Positions 14,485 through 26,628 of a stretch of 64,000 nt of DNA are shown here, in pieces. The stretch spans positions 124,001 through 188,000 of the forward strand of contig NIVC01001763.1 in NCBI GenBank assembly GCA_002269645.1, written 5' to 3'. The notes beneath the pieces were generated by a model. That model made no database searches and was not told the origin of the DNA. It saw nothing but the letters and a program-made list of their open reading frames with translations. The translations under genes and the position numbers were made by a program. Every line of letters starts with the position of its first letter. The first letter of the stretch is position 1. This DNA is from Macrostomum lignano (taxonomy: Eukaryota).

Positions 14485-14835
14485 TCATCTGTCTGTCTGT
14501 ATGTCAGTGTCTCTCTGTCTGTCTGCATGTCAGTGTCTGTCTGTATGTCAGTGTCTGTCTGCATGTCAGTGTCTGTCTGCATGTCAGTGTCTGCCTGGAT
14601 GTCATAGTGTCTGTCTGTCTGTATCTCAGTGTCTGTCTGCATGTCAGTGTCTGTCTGCATGTCAGTGTCTGTCTGTATGTCAGTGTCTGTCTGCATGTCA
14701 GTGTCTGTCTGTATGTCAGTGTCTGTTTGCATGTCAGTGTCTGTCTGCATGTCAGTGTCTGTCTGTATCTCAGTGTCTGTCTGTCTGTCAGTGTCCGTCT
14801 GCATGTCAGTGTGTCTGGATGCCATAGTGTCTGTC
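14485..14835. repeat. 18-bp minisatellite (GTCTGTCTGCATGTCAGT)n
   Basis: 6-aa periodic ORFs in several frames. Confidence 0.93.
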
Positions 14836-16944
14836 TGCATACCATACCATAATAGTGTCTATCTTGCTGTCGGTCAGTCAGTCCTTTGTCCTACACCTTC
14901 ATTCCAGCCGCCCGACCGTCCCCGCAACACTATCCAACCCCCCTCAGTTGCTGATCCCATCGTTAACACACTGCAGGACTCCCAACCAGCAGGCCCGGCT
15001 GAAGTCTCAAACTCTCCAGTTCAAGCCCGGCAGCTCTCGGGCAGTTTGTCAGCGGCGATCAGTGAAAACTGAGCCGCTTATCAGAGTCCAGCATCGGTGG
15101 AGGTTCGGCCAGCTAATGAGCCCCGGCCAGGACCGCCCCCACCGACTGCTCAGGACTGCGAGGCTTCTGTCGAGGAGTTTCTCCCGCCGCATGCCGACAC
15201 AACCCCTCATTATACACTTTTAATTCTCGATTACCCCCCCACCCCGCATCCTCACTCACTGGGCAAGACGGCGGGCCCCGATGGTGTAAAAATATCTACA
15301 AAGACTAGTTTAGGTCTTTGTCCATTTGAGAGGCGCTCAACAAGATTACAAATTACAACTTGTCAAGCCTGATAAGTGCTTTCCAGTGTATCGAAAATAA
15401 TAAAACAACAGATGAGAGAGAGAGACCTGCCCAGTGTTTAGCGCACATTTAGCTGCCAGTTGACTTTTCAATAATTGCGAAGGCATTGTTGAAAAACTGA
15501 AATTCCAAACACACCGAGAGAGAGAGAGAGAGAGAGATTAGCAATATTGCGCTGGATTGGACTCAAGATTGGGCGATATCTTTCAAACCGAGTCTTAACA
15601 ATGCCCATGGCAACCTGCCAGCCTCGGGGCATCCTGATTCTGTCAGCTTGCCTTAAACTTGACAGCTCATTTTACGATTGTTATAATGACTTTAAAAACG
15701 CTTCAAGTCCTTATCAAAATCAGATTTCGCATTGTTTCATAATGTGCCAAATATAGGCTTGTAATAACTATAACTTAGGCCAAGCGTACGCCATTTGACG
15801 GTCAAGTGTGCAAACGATACAATTTAATTACAAAACAAAAAAGACAATTAGCAATCAACATACGCAGCCCCCGATAATGGCGCAATCAGTGGGACAGTCC
15901 GATGAAATCGTTGCATGTAAAATAGCATTTTTGCGACTATTTTACAATTCTGCAACTCAACTCACTGACTCCACAGTCCCTCTCGGCCGCATTACAGGCA
16001 AGTCGTTCTAGTCGTTACAAAGTCACGATAACGCTTTCAACGGGACAAGCGCTAACATTTGACTCTCAATATGAGGTGAAAGCAAATAATAATTAATCAA
16101 CCATTCAAACCTCTTAACCCCTATCATACTACTGATTTCCAAAAGTTCAGTAGTACGGCACGAATATAATCTGTTTCTTTTGAACTACAAAACAAAAAAT
16201 CGCTAATAACAATCTTTTGAGTTTGAATAGACAAAAAAACAGTAAACATCTAAGCATACGCTGACAAGCTACTGATTCTTTTCAGTAGCATAACAAGCAC
16301 ATTCCACCTACTTCTTACTAATTTAAAAAAGAACAATTTTTAAAACATTCAACACTAAAGTTGATACCAATTTTTGAGGATTGTCCCAGAAAGCAAATAA
16401 AAGATAATAATTAGGAGGAATCAGATGAAGCAGCACAAATAGCAGCAATGCGTGTTCCCAATCAGTTTATCACAGGCAGAATAGACAAGCGAGTAAGCGC
16501 ACAGAATTGCAAGTTTTCAATTAGAAAATCAAATCGAATGGAATATATGCATTACAATCGCAATTTTTGTAGTGAAGTGCCAGGTATTACAGTTTTTCTT
16601 TACAATAGAATTACTATATATAGTTATAAACTAATCAATTCAAATTTATGCACACAAGAATGAGGCTGAAGCGTGTGAGTTCGGATTTCCAAACAAAGAA
16701 TGATATACACTTTGAAGCAGGGCAATTTGTAAGGTTTTGGCACCAGTTGATTGCTAATGGTGGTGTTGGTAAATTTAAATTGAAATTATTTTGCAATCAA
16801 AAAGCTTAAATTAAAAAGGAATTAAATGATAATTCAAGGTTAGCCAGGATAGCGCTATGAAATACTGAGTACAAGACTGAAATGGATGTCTGGGGGGGGG
16901 GGGGGAGCGCCAGGAAGGAACTGACGCTAGTGTGTCAATTCTCA

Positions 16945-17852
16945 ATTGCATCAGTCACAATTGTCAGTCATATCAATCACAATTGTCAGTCACATCAGTC
17001 ACGACTATCAGTCACATCAAGCACAATTGTCAGTCACATCAGTCACGACTATCAGTCACATCAATCACAATTGTCAGACACATCAAGCACAATTGTCAGT
17101 CACATCAATCACAATTGTCAGTCACATCAATCACAATTGTCAGACACATTAATCACAATTGTCAGACACATCAAACACAATTGTCAGACACATCAATCAC
17201 AATTGTCAGTCACATTAATCACAATTGTCAGACACATCAAACACAATTGTCAGACACATCAATCACAATTGTCAGTCACATTAATCACAATTGTCAGACA
17301 CATCAAACACAATTGTCAGACACATCAATCACAATTGTCAGTCACATTAATCACAATTGTCAGACACATCAAACACAATTGTCAGACACATCAATCAAAA
17401 TTGTCAGTCACATTAATCACAATTGTCAGCCACATCGAGCACAATTTTCAGTCACATCAATCACAATTGCCAGTCACATTAATCACAATTGTCAGTCACA
17501 TTAATCACAATTGTCAGACACATCAAACACAATTGTCAGACACATCAATCACAATTGTCAGTCACATCAAGCACAATTGTCAGTCACATTAATCACAATT
17601 GTCAGTCACATCAATCACAATTGTCAGTCACATCAATCACAATTGTCAGTCACATCAAGCACAATTGTCAGACACATCAATCACAATTGTTAGACGACAC
17701 ATCAATCACAATTGTCAGTCACATTAATCACAATTGTCAGTCACATCAATCACAATTGTCAGTCACATCAATCACAATTGTCAGTCACATCAATCACAAT
17801 TGTCAGTCACATTAATTACAATTGTCAGTCACATCAAGCACAATTGTCAGAC
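16945..17852. repeat. 22-bp minisatellite (TCACATCAATCACAATTGTCAG)n
   Basis: 22-bp period, giving a 22-aa repeat every three units in the ORF track. Confidence 0.96.
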
Positions 17853-18003
17853 ACAAGTTTCCAGCTACACCGAAATTGTCAGACCCGGGAGAAAGCACGG
17901 GAATGGCAGGCGCGAACAGGTCCCATAAAGTACAGAGGGTGCAGACAGAGGCATTGAAGAGGAACTGCAAACTGTTACGCAAAAGATCTGCGGGACCAAT
18001 GCG

Positions 18004-18645
18004 TCAGATCAGCCGCAAACCTTTGGCAAGCCGCACGGTGGCCTCCGGCCAGTAGGGCCCGCCGGCATACGCGGCGCACAGGTCGGGTTTGGCCCGACAA
18101 TACGAGGCCGTCATGGCCAGGGCCATCACGAGAGCAAACGCCAGAGTCAGCAGGGTCAGCAGGCCGACCGAGCCAGCCAGTTCCTGTTGCTGCTGCCGCT
18201 GATAGTAGTACTGATGATGGTGCGCATGCTGGCTGGGATCCGGGCGGAACCAGTAGCGATGCTCGATCTTCTTGGCGAATCGAACCCGCTTGGAGGCCGA
18301 CGCTGCTGACGAAGGCGTCGTTGCGCCAGACGGCGAGGCTGCCAAAGGCGGCGACGATGTCGAGTCGAGCAGCAGCGACGCCTGCGACGGAGATTTCAGA
18401 ATGGACACTGGCCGAGTTGTCGACGCCTGGCGCTGGCTGTCGTCAGCCGATGCGCACTCCGCCTTGATGTCCTCGACGGCCGAGGGGATGTCGCCGGCTG
18501 GCGAGCTCTCGTCAGGACGCCGTCTTTGTCGGAGCTGCACCTCGTCGGCTGAGTCGGCATCGACAGCGGAGTTGCCGTCGATGCTGGCAGTGAACTGGCT
18601 GGATGGCGCCGTGATTTCGGCATCCGCCTCATCCGCGGTCGTCAT
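18004..18645 (-). CDS. Single-exon 213-aa predicted single-pass membrane protein with PP1-docking SILK and RVxF motifs, consortin C-terminal-like
   Basis: GC-rich non-repetitive ORF from ATG to stop. SILK at residues 81-84, SKRVRF at 118-123, hydrophobic helix LAGSVGLLTLLTLAFALVMALAMTASYC at about 156-183, then a short Cys-containing tail. Confidence 0.8.
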   Translation of the reverse strand: MTTADEADAEITAPSSQFTASIDGNSAVDADSADEVQLRQRRRPDESSPAGDIPSAVEDIKAECASADDSQRQASTTRPVSILKSPSQASLLLDSTSSPPLAASPSGATTPSSAASASKRVRFAKKIEHRYWFRPDPSQHAHHHQYYYQRQQQQELAGSVGLLTLLTLAFALVMALAMTASYCRAKPDLCAAYAGGPYWPEATVRLAKGLRLI

Positions 18646-20064
18646 TCAAATTCCAAGTCCAATTTCAATTTGCTTCACACCTGCAGAGCTGCAGCGCCGC
18701 TTTTTCTATGCTGCTTTGAATTTCTATTCAAGAAATTTTCTGTCTTATTTGTTTCGACTTCAATTTGCAGACTCTCAGATTTACAAAGTATAAATATAGA
18801 TAGTTGAACATCAACACAAAATAATTTTTTTAAGGTTGGCAGTAGAGCTCCGCCCTAGCTATGGATATGACTACAGGAAGTTGAAGTTTTAGACAGATAC
18901 GGATATGGTCAGATGGTCAGGATATGGATATACGGAATATGAGGGGAGCACATAAGTCCCTAGAATTAAGGACTCGAGCAACAAAGACAGAAATATGTTG
19001 AAACTAAAAGGTTGGAATTAGGGAGCTTGCCTGCACTGAGCAATGCTGACTTATATATTTGGCAAAGTTATTTCAAGACTTATTGTGCACTAATTGAATA
19101 GTAATGGAATACTATGTTAAACAATATAGTATTTCTTCTTTTTTATTTCAACTTTCATACAAAGTTCATCAAATCAAATTATATACCATAATTGTATAAG
19201 AGAAGTTGTATCTGTACTACATTAGAAACTAATTGAATATTATATTTTTGCTATGGTTTATGCATTAATATTACTTAGGCTGTTAGGCAACCTATGCATA
19301 TTCTAAATATCTAGACTTTGTCTATGTTTTTTGAAATATAATTTATAAATCATTATTTTCATCATTATTATTGAAATGAATCTACAAATAAACATATTCT
19401 ACATAGTACATAAAATATTTTTTGTCTATATGCTATGTAGCACCTAAGGAAAAATGAATTATTAATATAAAAAATAAAGTTTAAAAACTCTTACTTTGCT
19501 ACTAATAATACTTTTGACAAAAACAGTATATATATATGACTTAGGTTAGAGTCTAGATTATTGATTGAATTTAATATATTATAGAATAAATTGCAAGATA
19601 TATACTTAGACTTGAAGCAAGAAAACTACACAAATGTTGAGGGATCATTTTATACTATTTTAATTTTTATAGCCATATATTATAATAAACATGAAATAAT
19701 AATCATAGATTTCATTTAAGCCTATTTAAAACATTGTTAATTTGGCAATTATATTCTTTACTTTGTTATATTACTTTTATAAATTAAATACTTGCTTAAT
19801 AATAATAATTGTATTAGTTAAAATTATATAGTTTAGCTTAAGTTAGTTTCAATGGCTATAGTATGGCACAAAAATGGCACAAATATACAAAAAAGTAGTC
19901 TTTAAAATTAAAAGTAGTAAAATTAGTTTGTATTGATATTCTAGATTTGCCTATTACAACTACCAAGCAGATTGCATCTGCCATCAAACAGACACCTGAT
20001 TGCAAGCTTTACAAAACTAAGTGTCTTGCTATTATGACTAACAAATACAATGCAATGGATAAAT

Positions 20065-20318
20065 AATCAGCAGTCCCAGTGCGTGACAACAATTTGTCTA
20101 TGGCTCGCGTCTACTGGCACTTGCCAGACAATCATTGTCACGCACCGGGACTGCTGATTATTTATCCATTGTTTAGCAATTTGATTATCATTATTCACAT
20201 TTTTTAATGCAGAACAATCCATTACTACAAACAATGCATTGTCTGTAGGATTGTCAAACAGAAAAACAATGCAAAGAATCAGCAGTCGCAGCACGTGACA
20301 ACAATTTGTCTATGGCTA
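20065..20318. repeat. Small inverted plus direct repeat set (AATCAGCAGTCCCRGTGCGTGACAA)
   Basis: A copy at about 20065-20105, an inverted copy at about 20130-20160, and a diverged direct copy at about 20277-20318. Confidence 0.7.
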
Positions 20319-20379
20319 AATTGCTAATTGCTAAACAATGAGAGGTTCCAAAGGTGGCACTATTGTCTGACTGCACAAT

Positions 20380-21765
20380 GACAAAGGCTTCCCAAAGTTG
20401 GTTGATTTTGGTGACTGCTCCTTGCATCATGTGGCAAATGTGGCAATGTGAAGCCTCAGACCTTGAACAGAATACTGAGAGCGCCTAGTCAAGGACATCA
20501 ATAGCTACTTTGTTGTTAGAACCTGAGCAAGGCTATTTTGACATCCTCACTGAGAGCTTCATTGAAGTAAAGAAGCTTGCCTTCATCTACCATGTAGACA
20601 TATCTAGCTACAAGTTCACACTGTCATAGAGCAGGTGCTTCATATGTACCTGCTGCTTCAGTTGCACTTTTTGGAGATAAATATAAAAGCTTTAGGGTTA
20701 TACTGCAAAGATCAATAAGCTGGTAAGCCTTCCAATTTGCAAGTCATTTGGGTCTGCCTCTGTACTAGGCACCTTAGGGGGATTAAGTGCATCGTACGCT
20801 GGTCCCACCCCAAGTAGCTCTGCGTCGTACGCTCAAGCAGCCTAGTCCAGACGGACACCACATCATACGCTTGTCAGTGGAGGACTGCAGCCAGGGTCAG
20901 TATGTTAACCCGGGTCTAGGAGAGGGGCACAAAAGGACTGAGCCCTTGAGCCCCATCACCACACTAGCAAAGTTGCCTGATGCAGACTCAACCTTTAAAA
21001 GTAAACCAAGCCAATACCAAAATCTGGCTTTCACCCTACAGAATTTAGTAGGGTTAGCCAGCCAAGCTGGTTTTTGTTGACCTATCTGCCAAGGACTAGC
21101 AGATCTGTTTTGCCACAATGAAAGCATTTTTTTCAAGTTAGTACCCAGAAGTTAAAAGAGTACCTTCCTTTAAAAGGCAAAATTCTTTTTGTCTGGCAGA
21201 TGCTAGACTTATCAAAGCAGTCACAGCTCCTTGGTGAAGTGGGCTAGAACACTGACTAAGAATCTGCCTAGCATTTTCACCAAAATTGAAATTGGCAGTA
21301 TCAAAGTAAAGGCACATCTCCACTAGGATGGTTCTTGCTAGTCTTCTACCAAAACCAAGTCCACCATATCCATTGACATGATCAGCTTCTAGGAGGCTGG
21401 CCAATACTGGCCAATGCCCTCTGCTTATAAAGCTTTTATGAGTACAACCTGTATTGCCCTATGGAAATGTCAAAGTGTAATGGATTTTTAGCCAGCTAAA
21501 GGACATTGTCACAAAAATTGCAGAGTTTGATGCCATTTCAGTCAAGGCACTTACTGTCACTTGTTTGTGCAAGACTACTCAGGAGTGGACTGCTGCAATG
21601 TTGCCCATCATACCAATGCTATAGAACATGTGCATTACTACACATACTGCTTATTGTCAACAACTGAGAGACAAAGCTGCTGCTGAGAAGCACAAGCATT
21701 TAAAGAAGCTATTGGGCATTGTGTTTTCTGAAGAAAGCAAGTAAACAGCTAAACACCCTGCAACT
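20380..21765 (+). pseudogene. Decayed hAT-family transposase relic with stops and frameshifts; central part apparently inverted
   Basis: Plus strand: KLVDFGDCSLHHVAN (CxxH motif) near 20390, and PYGNVKV*WIFSQLKDIVTK near 21457, resembling the hAT dimerisation motif PHSNAxVERxFS. The intervening transposase-like frame at about 20960-21410 reads on the minus strand. Confidence 0.5.
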
Positions 21766-21862
21766 CAAGGTCAATATAAAGGCAAAAAAGTTTGAAGAAA
21801 AGATCAAAAAGGCTGCAGCACTGCAGCTATTAGATGAGGTTTGGCAAAAAACTAAGAATAGG

Positions 21863-22701
21863 CAGTGTTGGGCAAGTTACTCAAAAAAGTAACTTGCATT
21901 ACTGTAACTTAAGTTACCCAGTTTTAAAAAGTAACTTACGTTAGCCTAGTAACTTTAGACAAAAACTTGGTAACTTTTAAGTTACTGTCCGTTACTCACT
22001 TCCGTTACCCATGTTATTAGCAAAATTTTCTGCTTTTTTCACATTGCACATTTTTTCACATTGTTGTTACCGAAATTTGCCATTGGGCATTGGGATTAAC
22101 CGATTAACAGACAGAGACAGGAATTGGCGACACGATGAGGCAAGTAGAAGGACCAATGGGCAATGGCAATCAATAATTAAAATTATAAATGATAAAATAA
22201 ACGAATATCAATAATTCAATAGAGTAAAATAAATAGAACTGTATAAAATGGTGTAGTGTACTGCAGTGCCAGTGGAGGGTCTTGTGGAGGCTACAGATGA
22301 ATTTCTTTCTTTGGTTGTTTGTTTGAATAAAACTTGAAAATTTTTATAGTAACTTGAAAATGAAAGGCAATATTTTCCTGAAATTATAACAAAGTAAAAC
22401 ATGTTTCAAGTATTTCTTTATTAACTAAAGCGCAATACCATGTGATACTATTCACTTAATTTTGAATTAGGAATGAAAAATGCAAAAACATGTGACAACT
22501 GGCGTAATAGCTAAGCATTTCAGATTAAAATTTAAATACTGCGATTGTTGCAAAGTAACTGTAACGGACTTCCGAAATTTGAGTAACTTACCGTTACTCC
22601 GTTACTAAAATATAAAAGTAACTTGCGTAAGGAACGCTTTACGAAAAAGTAACTTGCGTTACCATTTGCAAGTTACTCGGTAATGGAAGTGCCCAACACT
22701 G
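21863..22701. mobile_element. Non-autonomous hAT MITE (839 bp)
   Basis: 12-bp TIR CAGTGTTGGGCA...TGCCCAACACTG; perfect 8-bp TSD AGAATAGG (21855-21862 and 22702-22709); many subterminal GTAAC/GTTAC pentamers. Confidence 0.92.
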
Positions 22702-23529
22702 AGAATAGGAATAGGAAAAAAATAAGAATAGGCTAAATAAAGGAGCATTTTTTATAAGAAAAAAGCAATTTATAATTTTATGCATATTTTTTTAAACAAC
22801 ATAGAGTTTCTTTGTTAGTTATATAATAAATAGTATAGTATATAGACTTGCCACTTGCTTAGATTTTTAAACTAGACGATAGATACAAAAATGAAAATTT
22901 TTGCAAGACAAGAAATTTTATTTATGCAAGATTAAGAAAAGAGGAGTTTTTATTAATTCTAAGCTTGTGTCTTTGGCCAAAAACAATGGATCTAATGACT
23001 TATAACTAAATCCAATATCAATTTGTGCTCCATATTCCCAAATAAGAATAAGCTAAATAAAGGAGCATTTGTTTGCACTACACAGATAGGTAGGAAATGG
23101 ACCATCTAGTGTTTTAGTAAATTAGTATCTGTGAACTAGACTTATACTAGATAATATTTTGGTCACTACTTACTAAGTAGTATATAGACTTATAGATATT
23201 ATTAGACATTAAAACTATGTTGTGACTGTCAACATCTTTTTGATAAATATATATAAACAAGCTGTTGAAACCCGCGGATTTTGAACCCGGGGAATTCTAA
23301 TCCCCGGAACTACTTTTGCATGTATTCTGAAATCTAAGGCCATACACAAACAAACTAATAGGAGGATAGAGGTAGACATAAAATGGAGCACATTTGTGTA
23401 AAATTAGGGTTTGAGGCAAACATTGATATTGTTTGTTGGGATACTCCACAGAATGCCAGGCAATGTCTGTCTGACTCTAAAACATGTATTGGCAAACTCT
23501 GGCCTCTCCCTGACTCTCCCTATGTCCCT

Positions 23530-24063
23530 TGGATCCTTTAAAATTTCTATCATCTCTTTCCTTCCTTCTCTCTCATCCCTCGTCTCTCCTCTCTCTTCTC
23601 TCCTCTCTCCTCTCTTCTCTTGTATCTTCCCTCATCTCTCTTCCCTATTCTTTTCTCTCTCCTCTCCTCTCTCCTTTCTACTTTTCGTTTTCTCTCTGCT
23701 CTCCTCTCTCCTCTCTACTCTTTCGTTTTCTCCCTCCTCTCCTCTCTCCTCTCTCCCCCTCTTCTCTCGTCTCTTCCTTCTCCTCTCTATTCTTTTCTCT
23801 CTTCTCTTAACTCTCTCCTCTACTCTCTCATCTCTCCTCTCTACTCTTTCCTCTCTCTCTCCTCTCTCCCCTCTTCTCTCGTCTCTTCCCTCACCTCTTT
23901 CCTCTCTCTCTTTCCTCTCATCTCTTTTCTTGTTTTATATCTTCTCTCTCCCCTCATCGCTCGTCTCTTCCCTCACCTCTCTTCTCTCTCGTCTGCTCTT
24001 TCATCTCTCCTTTCTCTTCTTTTATCTTTTCTCTCTTATCTCTTCTCGTTTCTATCTGCTCTG

Positions 24064-24158
<95 letters not shown>

Positions 24159-24880
24159 CCAATCTCTCTTCTCTTCTCTACTCTCTCCCCTCTTCATTCT
24201 CCTATTTCCTCTTCTCTCTCCCTGTCTCTCCTCTCTCCTCTAGTCTCTGTAATCTCTTCTCTCTTATCTCTCCTCTGTTCTCTGTACTCTCCCATCTCTC
24301 GTCTGTTCATCTGCTCTTTCATCTGTCATATTTACTCTCTTATACGTTCTCTCACTTATCTCCTCTGTACTCTTCTCTTTCACCTCTTCTGACTCCTCTC
24401 TTCTTTTCTCTTCCCTCTTCTATACTCTCTCTCCTCTATTATCTTCTCTCGTCTCTCTGCACTCTCCTCTCACCTTTTTCATCTCTCATCTCTTCTTTCA
24501 TCTGTCTCATCTCTACAATCTCATCTTTTTCCTCTCTCCTCCTCTTCCCTTTACTCTCTCATCTCTCTTTTCTCCCATCTTCTTACACCCCTCTCTTATC
24601 TCTATCTCTTCTCTTCTCACCCCTTCTCTCCCCCTCTTATCTCCTCTCTTTTCTATCCTTTCTACTCTCTCCTCTCTAATCTCTCCTCTCATCGATCCTC
24701 TGTCTCATCTCTCCCCTCTTCTCACCTTTACTCTTTCCTCTCCCTACTTTCTCCCCTCCTCTCGCTTCTTCCTCCCTTCTTCTCTGCTCTCTCCTCACCA
24801 CTTGTCTCTCCTCTTATATTCCATGTTTTCTCATACCCCCCTCTCGCCTCTCCTCTCTTCTAATAGTCTATTCCTTCTCC
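23530..24880. repeat. Degenerate CT-rich low-complexity tract with a pure (TC)n core at about 24068-24152, possibly the interior of an old hAT MITE
   Basis: Pyrimidine-rich strand; flanked by degenerate CATGTATTGGCAAACT (about 23482) and AGTCTGCCCATTCCTG (about 24962). Confidence 0.85.
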
Positions 24881-25097
24881 TTTCCACTCTCATCTGGCCC
24901 GCACATAAGCTGGATACTGGATTCTTTATCTGGCTTTTGAAGAAAAAGTCTGCCCATTCCTGCTTGGAAAGCCAGTTTGTGGGACGTAGTACTCTCATGG
25001 CTGTTCTCATGCTTTGATCATGTCGTCTTTCTTGCCAATTGGCAATCCTGAAAGGAATTTGTGTATTTTCAGCTCCACTGCAGTCTGCATCAGTCTA

Positions 25098-26107
25098 ACA
25101 ACCAAGGAAATACGCATTTCTTAGGAGGACATTTAAAATTTAAAATACTTTTAAGAGAAACCTAAAATTTCCATGGTGTGACTTAAAATTTAGTAGGGTT
25201 ATATTGCATTGTATCGCCTTTTCATAAATCTTTCGCTTTTACAAACCATGATGGATTCCCTCGATTTGCCATCCACTGTTAAACTGCTGCAGAGTTTACC
25301 AATACAGAGGACAGTGGTTAGAATTTCTCACTAAACTGTCATGGCTAAACGTAGCCTCTCCACACGCGGGGGTGACAGACTACAGAGAAGGCTATTAAAA
25401 AGTTATTCCAAAACACTGTACATTTGCTATGTACATTCAGCCCTATCGCCTGACCCTTCGTCTGGGCTGGGGGAATGAGTGAGTGAGTGGCACAAACAAC
25501 AGAAAAAGCAGACAAACTTCACACGCTTACAGTTTCTTTTCTGAATGAGTTACAGAGTTGAAACTTTACATTTAGATAGAGAATGAGTCAATAAAGAATT
25601 GTGTCAAGTTTAAAGTCAATCGCTTTACGTGGAGCTAGCGTATGGCAGCTGAAAGTTAGTTAATTTTGAAACCCCTTTTATACATCTGGGCCCAGATCGG
25701 GAAAGAGAGGCAGGCGGGCGGAGGTTGGGGTGGTTGCTATGCTGAAAAAAACAGCCTAATTTTAAAAGTGCACAGCGCCGTTCAGGATTAACTTTGAGAC
25801 TCTAAATTTTACATGATTGTGCCAAAATATTTGAAGATTGTCTGTGTCAAATTTGAAGAGAATCGGTAAAAGTGAAGCGGCGCTATGGAGGATTTAGTGA
25901 AAAAATTGCGTATTTTGAGCAGTTTTTTGTACTTTTAGGTAGAAAGACTTGAGTCTAGGAAATTTAAAGGTAGCCTAAGACATTCTCCGTAGTAAGTTTA
26001 GGGTGGGTGTAAAGTTTGGTGTCATTTGGTTGAGCGGTTTGGGAGTCCATAGCGATCAAAATTGTCCACAGACAGACACACAGAGTTTTGATTTTTATAC
26101 GTAGAGA
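25098..26107 (-). mobile_element. Probable non-autonomous Helitron-like element
   Basis: Minus-strand 5' end A|TCTCTACGTATAAAAATCAAAACTCTGTGTGTCTGTCTG is typical of Helitron 5' ends. An imperfect hairpin (CCTAAGAAAT-GCGT-ATTTCCTTGG) lies just before a GTTGT|T 3' end, which is non-canonical and uncertain. Confidence 0.5.
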
Positions 26108-26481
26108 TGTATCATTATAAAGGAGCAAGCTTTATACCTACAATATAGTATAGAATTTAGCAAAAGAATAAGCATTATTTATATTTTTGTTAAATAAAAT
26201 GCTTTGTTTTATAAGAATCACTTTGAGGCTTTTTGGGGCTATATACCTTATACACTAATGGTGCAATTTTTTGCATTGGCACAAAAATTTCAAGGGGCTT
26301 TGCTATAGCCATTGGTTAGTTTAAAGGTAATAGGCAATCCAAAAGAACAAATTTCCAAAAGCACTTCTATATTAACATTTTATACTATATGAACTCTTGG
26401 TGGCTCGCTTCAAAAATAAACCTTCAAATTGACCTTTAAATTGACATCTAGATATAGTAGTAAGACAAAACTCAATATTAT

Positions 26482-26521
26482 TTGCGACGCGTTTCGGCTA
26501 AAACTAGCCATCTTCAGGCAC
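26482..26521 (-). ncRNA. Minimal type I hammerhead ribozyme in the inverted pLTR (intact-looking copy)
   Basis: Minus strand reads UGC CUGAAGA U GGCUA-GUUU-UAGCC GAA AC-GC-GU C GCA. It has the CUGANGA/GAAA core, a 5-bp stem II, a palindromic ACGCGU stem III, a GUC cleavage triplet and a 3-bp stem I. Confidence 0.8.
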
Positions 26522-26628
26522 TATCGAACAGAATTTGTTTCAACCTATTAAATACTGTGTAGACGACAAAATCAGGTATTGAAAAGATATAAAAGGACTA
26601 AAGGATCAATGTACAGTATAGCAATGTT

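Noticed and set aside
16127-16292. Two similar hairpins CTACTGA..TCAGTAG after TTAACCCCT
   Set aside because: No matching right TIR or TTAA found, so a piggyBac MITE is not supported.
23257-23320. Helitron-like 3' end on the minus strand (hairpin CCGGGGA..TCCCCGG and CAGCTTGT)
   Set aside because: No matching 5' end could be placed.
23411-24679. 422-aa Leu/Ser-rich ORF
   Set aside because: A pyrimidine tract cannot form stop codons, so the ORF is a compositional artefact.
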